A stretch of 15,782 nucleotides of DNA from an uncultured Deinococcales bacterium (GCA_964244895.1 CAXTKV010000122.1:1-15782); one strand, 5' to 3'. Shown: positions 6,471 through 14,711, numbered from the stretch's first letter. Notes: a model not told the origin generated them from the letters alone. A program made the numbers and translations.

Positions 6471-9212
6471 TTACGCGACCAGTTCGCGGCGCAGTTCTTC
6501 CAGCAGCGGCTCGAGGCCCTTGCCGAAAAGCTTCAGGGCGCGGTACGGGCCGCCCTTGTCGGCGAAGGGTTCGTATTCCAGGTCGGCGGGGTTGACCTCG
6601 AGCGAGTCCGCCAGGCGGTCCTTGATGAGCGTCAACCACTCGCGCTGTTCGGGCGTGAACATCCGGCCCTCGAGTTCCTGCCTCGACAGCCACGCCTGGA
6701 AGCGGCGTTCGACGGTATCGGGGAAGGGTTCCAGGGTGTCGGTTTCTTGAAGGGCGAAGCGCACGAGGCTGACGAGGTTCGTCAGGAGTTTCTGTGCGCC
6801 CGCGCCGCGCACGCGGGCGCGTTCGAGTTCCTCGTAGGCCGTCCACAGGCGCTCGGGCGTCAGGTTGTACGGTGGTCGGGCGATGCCGCTCGCCAGGCGT
6901 TTGACATCCTCGAAGGTCGCCAGGCGGTCGCGGTACGGGCGTTCGTAGAGCAGCTGAAAGGCCGTGACCTCGTCGCGGTGTTCGTCCAGGTACGCGCGGA
7001 AGCTCTGCACGGCGGCCTGGGCGCGTTCGTGGGCGCTGGCGTCGTACCCAGCGCTGAGTACGGTGTCCTTGGTGGTGGCGTCGAGGGTTTGGTCGTTGCG
7101 TTTGTGGACGGAGAACAGCAGGTTGCGAAAGCTCGAGTTATCGAACGGCAGGCAGGCTTCCTCCCGGACGGTTTCGGCGGCGCGTTTGATGTCGGCCTCG
7201 GTGGGTTCGGGTTGGCCCGTCTCGAGCCGGGCGCGTTCGAGGTGCGTGTCCGGGTCGGTGGCGTCCAAGAGCGCCCCGACGATGGCGGTCATGCGGGTTC
7301 CGGCCTGCGTCTCGAGTTCCTGGCGGTCTTGCGGGTCCAGTTCCCGGTCGAGTTTGGCGAGCCGCCCGGCGAGGCTCGTCAGGTAGTCATCGCCGCGCTG
7401 CCCGAGTTGCACGGCCTGCACGAGCTTCTCGAAGCTCACGCCCTTCTTGCGCTCGAGGGGTCGCATGTCGGTCTTGTCGGTCTCGGTCACGCCCACGGCG
7501 TCCACCAGCACGAAGCGCGTCTTGTGGCTCGCGTCCGGCGTGACGGCCTTCAGCTCGTTCGGGTCTATGGTGCGCGTGCCGCGCCCTTTCATCTGCGCGA
7601 AGTACAGGCTGGACTTGACATCGCGCATGAACAGCAGGCACTCGAGCGGCTTGATGTCCGTGCCGGTGGATATCATGTCCACCGTCACGGCGATGCGCGG
7701 GTAGTAGGCGGTGCGGAACTGCTTGACGAGTTCTTCGGGTTTGTCGGCCTGGTAGGTAATTTTCTTGGCGAAGTCGTTGCCCTTGCCGAACTCCTCGCGC
7801 ATCATGATGACGATGTCCTCGGCGTGGCTGTCGTCCTTGGCGAACACGAGCGTCTTGGGGACTTCAGTGCGGTCGGGAAAGAGTTTCGGGAGCGCGTCCT
7901 TGAACGCGCGGATGACGGTGCGTATCTGGTCGCCCACGACCACGCTGCGGTCGAGGTCGCGGCTGGAGTAGGTCAGGTCCTCGTCGAGCACCTCCCAGCG
8001 CAAAGCCCGCGTGAGCTTGTCGCGGCGGTCAACGAAGTCTCCCGCCTCGACCTTGCCGCCCTGCTCGCTGACCTGCGTGCGGATGCGGTACACGTCGTAA
8101 CCGACGTTCACGCCGTCCGCCACGCTGCGCTCGAACGGGTACTCGGTCACGAGGTTCTGGTTGAAAAACCCGAGCGTCTGCTTGCTCGGCGTGGCCGTCA
8201 GGCCGATGAGGAACGCGTCGAAATACTCGAGCGCCTGCCGCCAGACGTTGTAAATGCTGCGGTGGCACTCGTCGGTGAACACCACGTCGAAGGTCTCGGG
8301 CGGGATATCCGGGTTGTACGCGACCTCAACCGGTCGCGCCCCCTCGAGCTGACCTTCGTGCAGGCTGCGCTCTTCGGCGCTCGCGTCGAACTCGGCCTCG
8401 CCGCGCAGCATCGAATAGAGGCGCTGGATGGTCGTGACCACGACCTTCGCCACCGGGTCAATGCGGTTCGACTCGAGCAACTGCACGTTGTACAGCTCGG
8501 TGAACTTGCGCCCGTCGTCGGGCGTGACGTACTGCTGGAACTCCGTCAACGTCTGCCGCCCCAGGTTGCTGCGGTCCACCAGGAACACCACGCGCCTCGC
8601 CCCGCCGAACTTGATGAGCCTGTAGATGCTCGAGATGGCCGTGAAGGTCTTGCCCGCGCCCGTCGCCATCTGGATGAGCGCGCGCGGTCTCGCCTCCGCC
8701 AGCGAGCGTTCCAGCCCGCCGATGCCCTCCGTCTGGCAGTCGCGCAGACCCCGCGTCTCGAGCGGCGGGAGCGCCCGCAGGCGCGAGCGCAGCGTGTCCG
8801 GCTCGAGCGTCCACTCCAAGAGCGTCTCCGGTCGGTGGATGGCGTAGACCCTGCGCGACCTCGAGTCCGGGTCGCGCAAGTCGCGGAAGAAGGTCTCGAC
8901 CCCGGTACTCTCGAACCCGAACGGCAACGGCAGCGCAACGTTCTGAAGGTTCGCCGGTACCGCCGAGAGGTATTTCGCCGTCTGCTCGGACACGCTCGAG
9001 AGCGTCGTGCCCTCCGGCTTCGCCTCCAGCACGCCGACGGGCTTGCGCTTCACGAACAGCATGTAGTCCGCTGGCCCTGCGCTCGTCTGGAACTCGCGCA
9101 CGGCCACGCCGACGGACGCGGTGAAGTCCAGCTCAGCCAAGCTCTGCACGCTCCAACCTGCCGCCTCGAGCATCCTGTCGATGTTCTGCCTGGCGCGCTG
9201 CTCCGGGGTCAC
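6471..9212 (-). CDS. hsdR: Type I RM restriction subunit R (EcoEI/EcoAI-like)
   Basis: Nuclease motif ADYMLF...VLEAK, Walker A MATGAGKT, DECH, GLTATP, MISTGTD, QMKGRGTR; C-terminus FTPEQREWLTLIKDRLA of the EcoEI R type. Confidence 0.95.
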   Translation of the reverse strand: MTPEQRARQNIDRMLEAAGWSVQSLAELDFTASVGVAVREFQTSAGPADYMLFVKRKPVGVLEAKPEGTTLSSVSEQTAKYLSAVPANLQNVALPLPFGFESTGVETFFRDLRDPDSRSRRVYAIHRPETLLEWTLEPDTLRSRLRALPPLETRGLRDCQTEGIGGLERSLAEARPRALIQMATGAGKTFTAISSIYRLIKFGGARRVVFLVDRSNLGRQTLTEFQQYVTPDDGRKFTELYNVQLLESNRIDPVAKVVVTTIQRLYSMLRGEAEFDASAEERSLHEGQLEGARPVEVAYNPDIPPETFDVVFTDECHRSIYNVWRQALEYFDAFLIGLTATPSKQTLGFFNQNLVTEYPFERSVADGVNVGYDVYRIRTQVSEQGGKVEAGDFVDRRDKLTRALRWEVLDEDLTYSSRDLDRSVVVGDQIRTVIRAFKDALPKLFPDRTEVPKTLVFAKDDSHAEDIVIMMREEFGKGNDFAKKITYQADKPEELVKQFRTAYYPRIAVTVDMISTGTDIKPLECLLFMRDVKSSLYFAQMKGRGTRTIDPNELKAVTPDASHKTRFVLVDAVGVTETDKTDMRPLERKKGVSFEKLVQAVQLGQRGDDYLTSLAGRLAKLDRELDPQDRQELETQAGTRMTAIVGALLDATDPDTHLERARLETGQPEPTEADIKRAAETVREEACLPFDNSSFRNLLFSVHKRNDQTLDATTKDTVLSAGYDASAHERAQAAVQSFRAYLDEHRDEVTAFQLLYERPYRDRLATFEDVKRLASGIARPPYNLTPERLWTAYEELERARVRGAGAQKLLTNLVSLVRFALQETDTLEPFPDTVERRFQAWLSRQELEGRMFTPEQREWLTLIKDRLADSLEVNPADLEYEPFADKGGPYRALKLFGKGLEPLLEELRRELVA

Positions 9213-9218
9213 GAACCC

Positions 9219-9224
9219 AGTTTA
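9219..9224 (-). promoter_or_regulatory. -10 box of a leaderless hsdR transcript
   Basis: TAAACT-N6-GTG, with no SD sequence. Confidence 0.5.
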
Positions 9225-9302
9225 TGCGAGCAGCGCCCTTTGTGCGCGGTCAGCACGGCTCTGGCAGCTTTCAGGTAAGGTTTTTCATCACAAACTCCTT
9301 TC

Positions 9303-9333
9303 GGCTGGTCGGGGCCGCCAGCCCCGACCAGCC
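9303..9333. repeat. Perfect 13-bp-arm hairpin (possible terminator or origin element)
   Basis: GGCTGGTCGGGGC-CGCCA-GCCCCGACCAGCC, followed by TCTTT on the + strand. Confidence 0.7.
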
Positions 9334-9502
9334 TCTTTGGTAACGTCGCGGGTACCGGACGGTAAGAGTATTCAAACGTGCTTAAACCCCAACAGCTCCG
9401 GTACCTGCCGTCTTATACGACAAGCCTGCGCTGGCGGCTGCGGGCCGCCAGGCGGAGCAGCCGCCCTTATGCGAGCATTTATCGCACCAAGCAATTCATT
9501 CA

Positions 9503-9533
9503 GTCACCGTCCCCCCTTTAGGGGGACGGTGAC
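9503..9533. repeat. Perfect 13-bp-arm hairpin just downstream of AAA ATPase 1
   Basis: GTCACCGTCCCCC-CTTTA-GGGGGACGGTGAC, with no U-tract. Confidence 0.75.
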
Positions 9534-9561
9534 AGTATTCTCGTTCAAACACCAAGCATCT

Positions 9562-10590
9562 TCATACGGCATCGAGCGATATCGCGCAGAGTTCGTATTT
9601 CGCTCGATGGCCTTCACCTTTGATGACCCGTTTCTTCTCGACCAGCACGTTCAACGCTCGGCTCTTGGTCGAGTCACTTCCGCACAGTTCTGAGCGGCTC
9701 TTTGGACCATTTTCGAGCAGTGCCAGAATACGGTCGGTAGCATTCTCGAGCGCCTTGACCTGCGACGGGAGGCTGACACCTGTGCCGAGGCCGTGGAGCT
9801 TCAAGACGGTGACGTTGCCATCTGCATCTTCTTGAAACTCGAGGCGCGTGTGATACGGGTCCCAGCGCTTCGTAAGGTTTGTTTTGTCGAGTGTCCACTG
9901 GATGTAGCCGTTGGCTTTCGGACTGATAGTTACGACGACTCTGGCCCAGGCACGCTTTTGCTGACTGCCCATCGGCGCTGTCGAGCCGCGCTCAGCGGCT
10001 CGCTTCGGCGTGTGGTCGAGAACAAGGATGGCGGCGTTCAAGCTCTTGATAGGGTTCAAGACCTTTGCTAATACCGCGTGCACGTCCGCATCAACGCTCA
10101 TATTGCCGTCGGTCGCCTGGCCGATGCTGTCCACGACGACGAGGTCAATATCGTTATCTTGAACCATCCAAAATAGAAAGTCTTCAAGGTCCTCGAGCGT
10201 GGTCGGCAAGGTACCGGTCCCGTTGGAACACTCTTCCTCGCTGGGTGAGAAGTAGTACAGGAGGTTATGTGGGATGCCCGAAATTCCAACGCCCTCGAGC
10301 GCCGCCGTGAGTAGGGGGTGCGATAACCGCAAGCCGCCATCGAAGTCGAGATATAGCACCCGCTTGCCCTGTTTGATGAGGTCGGCGACGATGCAGACCG
10401 CGTGACGCGTCTTCGTCGCACCGGGTTCACCAGCCAGAATGGTTCCTGCACAGCGAGCCAGAAGGTCTTTAACAAGCCACTCAACCGGAGGCGGCTTTGC
10501 GACGGTGGCGAAGTCGAGGATGCGAGGTTCTGCGAAGCCTTGTCTGGATGGCTTGGCGCTGTTTCTACCGGCGGGTTTGTGAGTTGCCAT
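9562..10590 (-). CDS. AAA_25/RepA(RSF1010)-like RecA-fold ATPase with C-terminal wHTH (paralog 1)
   Basis: PPPVEWLVKDLL, Walker A variant GEPGATKT, VLYLDFD, Walker B LVVVDS, ILVLDHTPK, PMGS; GAGGAG RBS. Confidence 0.85.
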   Translation of the reverse strand: MATHKPAGRNSAKPSRQGFAEPRILDFATVAKPPPVEWLVKDLLARCAGTILAGEPGATKTRHAVCIVADLIKQGKRVLYLDFDGGLRLSHPLLTAALEGVGISGIPHNLLYYFSPSEEECSNGTGTLPTTLEDLEDFLFWMVQDNDIDLVVVDSIGQATDGNMSVDADVHAVLAKVLNPIKSLNAAILVLDHTPKRAAERGSTAPMGSQQKRAWARVVVTISPKANGYIQWTLDKTNLTKRWDPYHTRLEFQEDADGNVTVLKLHGLGTGVSLPSQVKALENATDRILALLENGPKSRSELCGSDSTKSRALNVLVEKKRVIKGEGHRAKYELCAISLDAV

Positions 10591-10631
10591 GATGTTCTCC
10601 TCTATGGCGCGGACGGCCTTGACGCCAACCG

Positions 10632-10814
10632 CTAAGCGATGAGAAGACCCCGCCTGTCGGCGGGGTCGGTTTGAAACGAGTCTGAACTGTTTGCATCGGT
10701 ACCGGCTGGTTTTGAGGGCGGTCCTCGCGTGCGCTTCGCGCCCTGCTGGGCAGACATGAAAATGGCGCGCACAGGCGCGCCGGATAGCGAAACCGCGTTG
10801 TTCGTGGTCTGCAT
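10632..10814 (-). CDS. Possible 60-aa leader peptide upstream of ATPase 1
   Basis: AAGAGGT RBS before the ATG; the ORF reads through two hairpins; no recognisable domain. Confidence 0.35.
   Translation of the reverse strand: MQTTNNAVSLSGAPVRAIFMSAQQGAKRTRGPPSKPAGTDANSSDSFQTDPADRRGLLIA
10641..10667 (-). terminator. Terminator/attenuator-like hairpin
   Basis: Minus strand GACCCCGCC-GACA-GGCGGGGTC-TTCTC. Confidence 0.45.
10759..10781 (-). terminator. Terminator/attenuator-like hairpin
   Basis: Minus strand GGCGCGC-CTGT-GCGCGCC-ATTTT. Confidence 0.4.
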
Positions 10815-11035
10815 TCGTACCTCTTTCGTTGTCGTTTGGTGTGCCTCGAGTTTATCAAATTGAAGTACGCGAATTTACCTGGACTGGGGTGCAAATGCGG
10901 CGACTCGAGAACTACCCTTCAGACGAACGGCTTCTTGAGCAGATGGGCGATACTCGCCATTCCGCGCCCCTCAAGGGACGCGGAACGTGACGAGCGCACT
11001 GGCTTGAAGGCGCTCGCTCGTTAACCTCTTGGGCG

Positions 11036-12079
11036 ATGAGCCTGGCTGCCGAAGAGTTTCCCGATGACCCGCTGTTTCGACCCGTTCACAAGAGCTGGCC
11101 TCGTGCCATCGACTATGCCTCGAGACCGACGCGTCAGCCGCCCGAAGCGCTCATTGATGGCCTGTTGTACCGCACGGCGGGCACCATCATCAGCGCCGAA
11201 CCGGGTAAGGGCAAAACCATTCACGCGCTGTGCATCACGGCGCAGCTCGTGAAGCAGGGACGGAAGGTGCTGTACCTGGACTTCGGTGGTGGACTCTCCT
11301 GGACGGGGCTGTACCTCGACGCCGCCTTGCGCGGCGTCGGTCTCGAGGCCGCACCGGCGGGCCACCTGCTGTACTACTCGCCGGGCGATGTCGAGGCGGA
11401 CACGGGTTTGCTCGGCGTGCCGTCGAACATCGAGGGCCTCAAGGACTGGATATTCGACCACGTGGTCGAACACGAAATTGACCTCGTGGTGGTCGACAGC
11501 CTCGGTCAGGCGATGCTGGGCGACATGAACTCCGCGCAGGACGTGACCGCCGCCCTGGCGGGTGCGCTCAACCCGGCGCGCAAGGCGAACGCGGCGGTAC
11601 TCGTGCTGGACCACAACACGAAAGCCTCGAGCAAGTCGAAGGCCGGTTCTCGCGGCCCGATGGGTTCGCAGCAGAAGCGCGCCTGGGCGCGCGTCGTGGT
11701 GGACCTTGAGTCGAAGCACGCGCTCGGCGAGACGCACTGGCGGCTCAACAAGACCAACGCGGGACCGTGGGAACGGGACCGCGTGACGCGCGTGTACATC
11801 GAGCAGAACGACGACAAGACGCCGAGGGTCATCCGCCTCGAGGGACTCGACGGGCTGCTCGGGAGAGAGGCGGGCGTCGCTCCGAGCGACGCCCGCCACC
11901 TGCCCTCGTTGAGCGCCGAGGTCAGCATCCTCGAAGCCCTCAAGGCCGGGGCGAGGCGTCAGAAGGACCTGTGCGAGGGCGACCGCACCCGCGAGCGCGT
12001 CCTGAAGCGGCTCGTGGCGCAAGGTTTGGTTGTGCGACTCGAGCGAGGGGTGTACGGGCTGCCCGAGGTCCGAAAGTAG
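11036..12079 (+). CDS. AAA_25/RepA-like RecA-fold ATPase with C-terminal wHTH (paralog 2)
   Basis: Walker A AEPGKGKT, VLYLDFG, LVVVDS, VLVLDHNTK; PMGSQQKRAWARVVV is identical to paralog 1. Confidence 0.88.
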   Translation: MSLAAEEFPDDPLFRPVHKSWPRAIDYASRPTRQPPEALIDGLLYRTAGTIISAEPGKGKTIHALCITAQLVKQGRKVLYLDFGGGLSWTGLYLDAALRGVGLEAAPAGHLLYYSPGDVEADTGLLGVPSNIEGLKDWIFDHVVEHEIDLVVVDSLGQAMLGDMNSAQDVTAALAGALNPARKANAAVLVLDHNTKASSKSKAGSRGPMGSQQKRAWARVVVDLESKHALGETHWRLNKTNAGPWERDRVTRVYIEQNDDKTPRVIRLEGLDGLLGREAGVAPSDARHLPSLSAEVSILEALKAGARRQKDLCEGDRTRERVLKRLVAQGLVVRLERGVYGLPEVRK

Positions 12080-12416
12080 GGTGAATGCATTCATCGTTGT
12101 TTCCGGTCTCGTCCCGCCACCACCCCGCCTTACAGCGGGGGGTGTGGGTGTCGGGTCTTTCGGTTGACGACAAAAGCCGACAGCTTTCCGCCACGGTAAC
12201 TTCTGGGGTAACGCCCTGAATGTTTGAGTCCGTACCAAACTCGTTTCTTTGAACCGACACTCGAGCAACCAGCGTTCCCGTCACCGGTTGTTGGCTTGGC
12301 GAAAAGTCCTCGACCGACTGGCGTTCCGACAAGCCGGGAACGTCCTGACGGGATAGACGACCGAACCTGTTCTACAAACGAGTTTTCCGTTCGTGCGCTG
12401 GTAGCCGCTTCTCCCT

Positions 12417-13019
12417 CCGTTTTGGGCGCGGCGTCAGCCGCATTTCACGTTATAGGACCGTTGTTTTCGCGGCGGTAGCCGCACGCATCTACAATGCTCA
12501 CTCTTCGCAACCGTGGCCCGAGCGGTGTCTGGTGTCTCAATGAAACCCGCGTTCTAAGGTCATCCCATCTCGTTCGCGGCGGTAGCCGCATTTCTCATGC
12601 CTATGGGGTTCCCCATTTTGGGCGCGGCGGTAGCCGCATTCGCCTTCGCTAACTGGGGTCCCACCGTAGTTTTCGCGGCGTAGCCGCATCACAGCTCTGA
12701 ACAACACACCGTTACTGTTTCGGGCGAACACATCCGACGCCATATTTCCGCTCCGAACACAGCTTTTCAAACCCCGTTTCGTTCGCGGCGTCAGCCGCAA
12801 CTGTGCTGACCGCGTGCAATTCCAAGGACACATCGTGGCGCGGTGAACCAGTTCCCTCGAGCGACACGCACAGCTCATCGCGCACCATGCGGTACTCGAG
12901 CCGGTACCGGCAGCTTTCGGAAGGCTCGAGGCTGGGGTGGCTGTCGGGCACGTCCGAGGCGTGGTCGCCTCGCTGGACACCGCCCTCAAAACTCCGTTGT
13001 TTTCGCGGCGCTAGCCGCC
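12417..13019 (+). repeat. Array of seven ~26-bp repeats CCRT(T)-N5-CGCGGC-G(N)NA-GCCGC(A)
   Basis: Copies at 12417-12442, 12458-12483, 12565-12590, 12613-12638, 12664-12688, 12774-12799 and 12994-13019; degenerate copy near 12387-12409. Confidence 0.9.
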
Positions 13020-13200
13020 ACCGGACGGTTACCGCCTCCGTGCGAGGACCGTTCGTGGTGGGCAAACCCACGTGAACGCGTGGGATACGCACCACGTCTC
13101 GGCCAGGCCGGGGGTATCGCCGACGGAAGGCTCGAGCCTTCCGTCGCGCAGGCCGGTCGGCACCGGGGGGTGTTTTTTTGACGAAAAGTCCCCTGCCCAC
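12712..13200 (-). CDS. Doubtful hypothetical ORF or gene remnant
   Basis: The central part (~12810-12990) has high GC3 and three in-frame CTC-GAG (Leu-Glu) pairs like real genes here. It overlaps two repeats and a palindrome, and the start is unsupported. Confidence 0.2.
   Translation of the reverse strand: MGRGLFVKKTPPGADRPARRKARAFRRRYPRPGRDVVRIPRVHVGLPTTNGPRTEAVTVRWRLAPRKQRSFEGGVQRGDHASDVPDSHPSLEPSESCRYRLEYRMVRDELCVSLEGTGSPRHDVSLELHAVSTVAADAANETGFEKLCSERKYGVGCVRPKQ
13121..13146. repeat. Perfect 26-bp palindrome
   Basis: CGACGGAAGGCTCGAGCCTTCCGTCG; partial copy CGGAAGGCTCGAG at 12918-12930. Confidence 0.85.
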
Positions 13201-13254
13201 GTTGGCTGGTCGTACAGCACCGAAGGGTTCGTGGAGCGAACTCGGCTCACCGGC

Positions 13255-13833
13255 TCAGAGCAGGACGCGCATCATGCAGACTTCGAGATAGTAGGCCCAC
13301 GCCTGTGCGAGTCCGAGTTCGGCGCAGTCCGCCGCTTTTGCGCCCGAGACGGTGATGAAGCTGTGCAGGGGGTCGACGCCTGCGCGCTCGATGTAGTGGA
13401 ACTCGAGGTGAAAGCTCGTTCGCACGCCGTCCTCGGGCACTCGCGTCGTAGCCACGCCGTTCGGGCGCAGAACGTCCGACCACGCGCTGGTCGCGCTCAG
13501 GGCCGCGCTGGCGGGCGAGGGGCGGATGCTGGGCTGCCCGAACTGCATCGGAACCTCGAGGTTCGACGCGGGCAGTACGAACCGTTCAAGGATGTGTTCG
13601 ACCTGGAGCCGGGCGGTGGCGGTGAGGAATGGGCGACCGCTCTTGGGGTCTTTCTCGAGCGTGCGCGCGATGAGTTCGGCGTTTCGCAACGATGGTCTCA
13701 CGCCGCTGACGGCGTCGCGCTCGCTGGCGACGAGTGGGTACACGCCGACACGCTTGGCGTGGTGTGTGATGGACTGACTGCCCTCGAGGTACCGGGCGGT
13801 CTGGACGGTGTCGAAGCTGAGGTGAGTGAGCAT
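13255..13833 (-). CDS. Hypothetical protein with a possible degenerate XRE/Cro-type HTH
   Basis: AAGGAG RBS; SITHHAKRVGV...RPSLRNAELIARTL resembles an XRE HTH pattern. Confidence 0.7.
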   Translation of the reverse strand: MLTHLSFDTVQTARYLEGSQSITHHAKRVGVYPLVASERDAVSGVRPSLRNAELIARTLEKDPKSGRPFLTATARLQVEHILERFVLPASNLEVPMQFGQPSIRPSPASAALSATSAWSDVLRPNGVATTRVPEDGVRTSFHLEFHYIERAGVDPLHSFITVSGAKAADCAELGLAQAWAYYLEVCMMRVLL

Positions 13834-13864
13834 GCTGGGTTCTCCTTGGGTTAAAGTTGAAACG

Positions 13865-13895
13865 AAAAAGGCGGTGCGCCTCCAGGCGCACCGCC
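13865..13895 (-). terminator. Rho-independent terminator after the recombinase pair
   Basis: Minus strand GGCGGTGCGCC-TGGA-GGCGCACCGCC-TTTTT, 12 nt after the stop at 13908. Confidence 0.85.
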
Positions 13896-13907
13896 GGATG
13901 GTCTGGG

Positions 13908-14711
13908 TTAACGCAGTTCGTCGGACTCGAAGCGCATGGCGGGTCCCATGTACTCGAACGCGCTTCTGAAGCGCTCGGCTTCATTTGCGAGGGAGACATC
14001 GCCGAGGCGCTTTCGGACTTCCGTGTAATGCACGCCCTGAGCGCACAGGGCGTGCGCCAGGGAGTAGCGCAACCGGGCCGCATCGACCGTCCCGTCGAGG
14101 CGCGCTTGCTCGCCGAGGGTGCGAAACCACGCCTCGATGGTCGAAGGGTCCGCGCCCAGGACCGTAGCGGTCCTAGGTCGCTTCCGAGGCAAGCGCTCGA
14201 AGAGGCGCAAGCTCCGGGCTGACATTCTGAGCGGGCGCGCCACGAGCGTGATGCGGTGCGCCTCGTTCACGTCCTCAAGCCTGAGCTGGGCGGCTTCTTC
14301 GAGCGTTAGGCCGACGCGAGCGATGAGGTGAAGCGCGAGGAGCTGGCGGACGTTGGGCTTGGCGGCCTTCTCGAGCGCCTCGAACTGCTTTTGGCTGAGC
14401 GGTCTGGGCGGCAATTCGAGGCCAGGGAGGTTCAGCGCCGGGTTATGCGTGAGTTCGCCGTTGGCGGCGAACCACGCGAAGCACTCGCGGATGAGCTGGG
14501 CACCGTCCAGCAGGAGGTGGGCGCGTATTGCACTAACCTGGTAGCGCAGCATCGAATGATGTTCGTACTCGTCGAGGTCTTCGTCGTACCCGAGGCACTG
14601 GCACAGCAGGATGGCCTTCTGCTCGCGGCGCTCGGGTTCGGGTTCGGTCGCTTCGGTGAAGCGCCGGACGGCGTTCATGATGAGGCGCGGGTTGTCGAAG
14701 CGGTTCGTCAT
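13908..14711 (-). CDS. Tyrosine recombinase-fold protein, catalytically inactive
   Basis: NPALNLPGLELPPRPLSQKQFEAL, LIARVGLTLEEAAQLRLEDVN and AARLRYSLAHAL...VRKRLGDVSL align to the XerD boxes with most catalytic residues substituted; GAGGAG RBS. Confidence 0.75.
   Translation of the reverse strand: MTNRFDNPRLIMNAVRRFTEATEPEPERREQKAILLCQCLGYDEDLDEYEHHSMLRYQVSAIRAHLLLDGAQLIRECFAWFAANGELTHNPALNLPGLELPPRPLSQKQFEALEKAAKPNVRQLLALHLIARVGLTLEEAAQLRLEDVNEAHRITLVARPLRMSARSLRLFERLPRKRPRTATVLGADPSTIEAWFRTLGEQARLDGTVDAARLRYSLAHALCAQGVHYTEVRKRLGDVSLANEAERFRSAFEYMGPAMRFESDELR

Noticed and set aside
6051..9278. 1075-aa + strand ORF
   Set aside because: Antisense shadow of hsdR caused by high GC3; no motifs.
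11021..12268. 415-aa minus strand ORF
   Set aside because: Antisense shadow of ATPase 2.
12417..13019. CRISPR or integron attC interpretation of the array
   Set aside because: Spacing is irregular (41-220 bp), the repeats vary internally, no cas genes are present, and there are no RYYYAAC/GTTRRRY cores.
13160..13190. G-tract/T-tract as a phage cos site
   Set aside because: Only a superficial resemblance; no terminase or HNH gene nearby.
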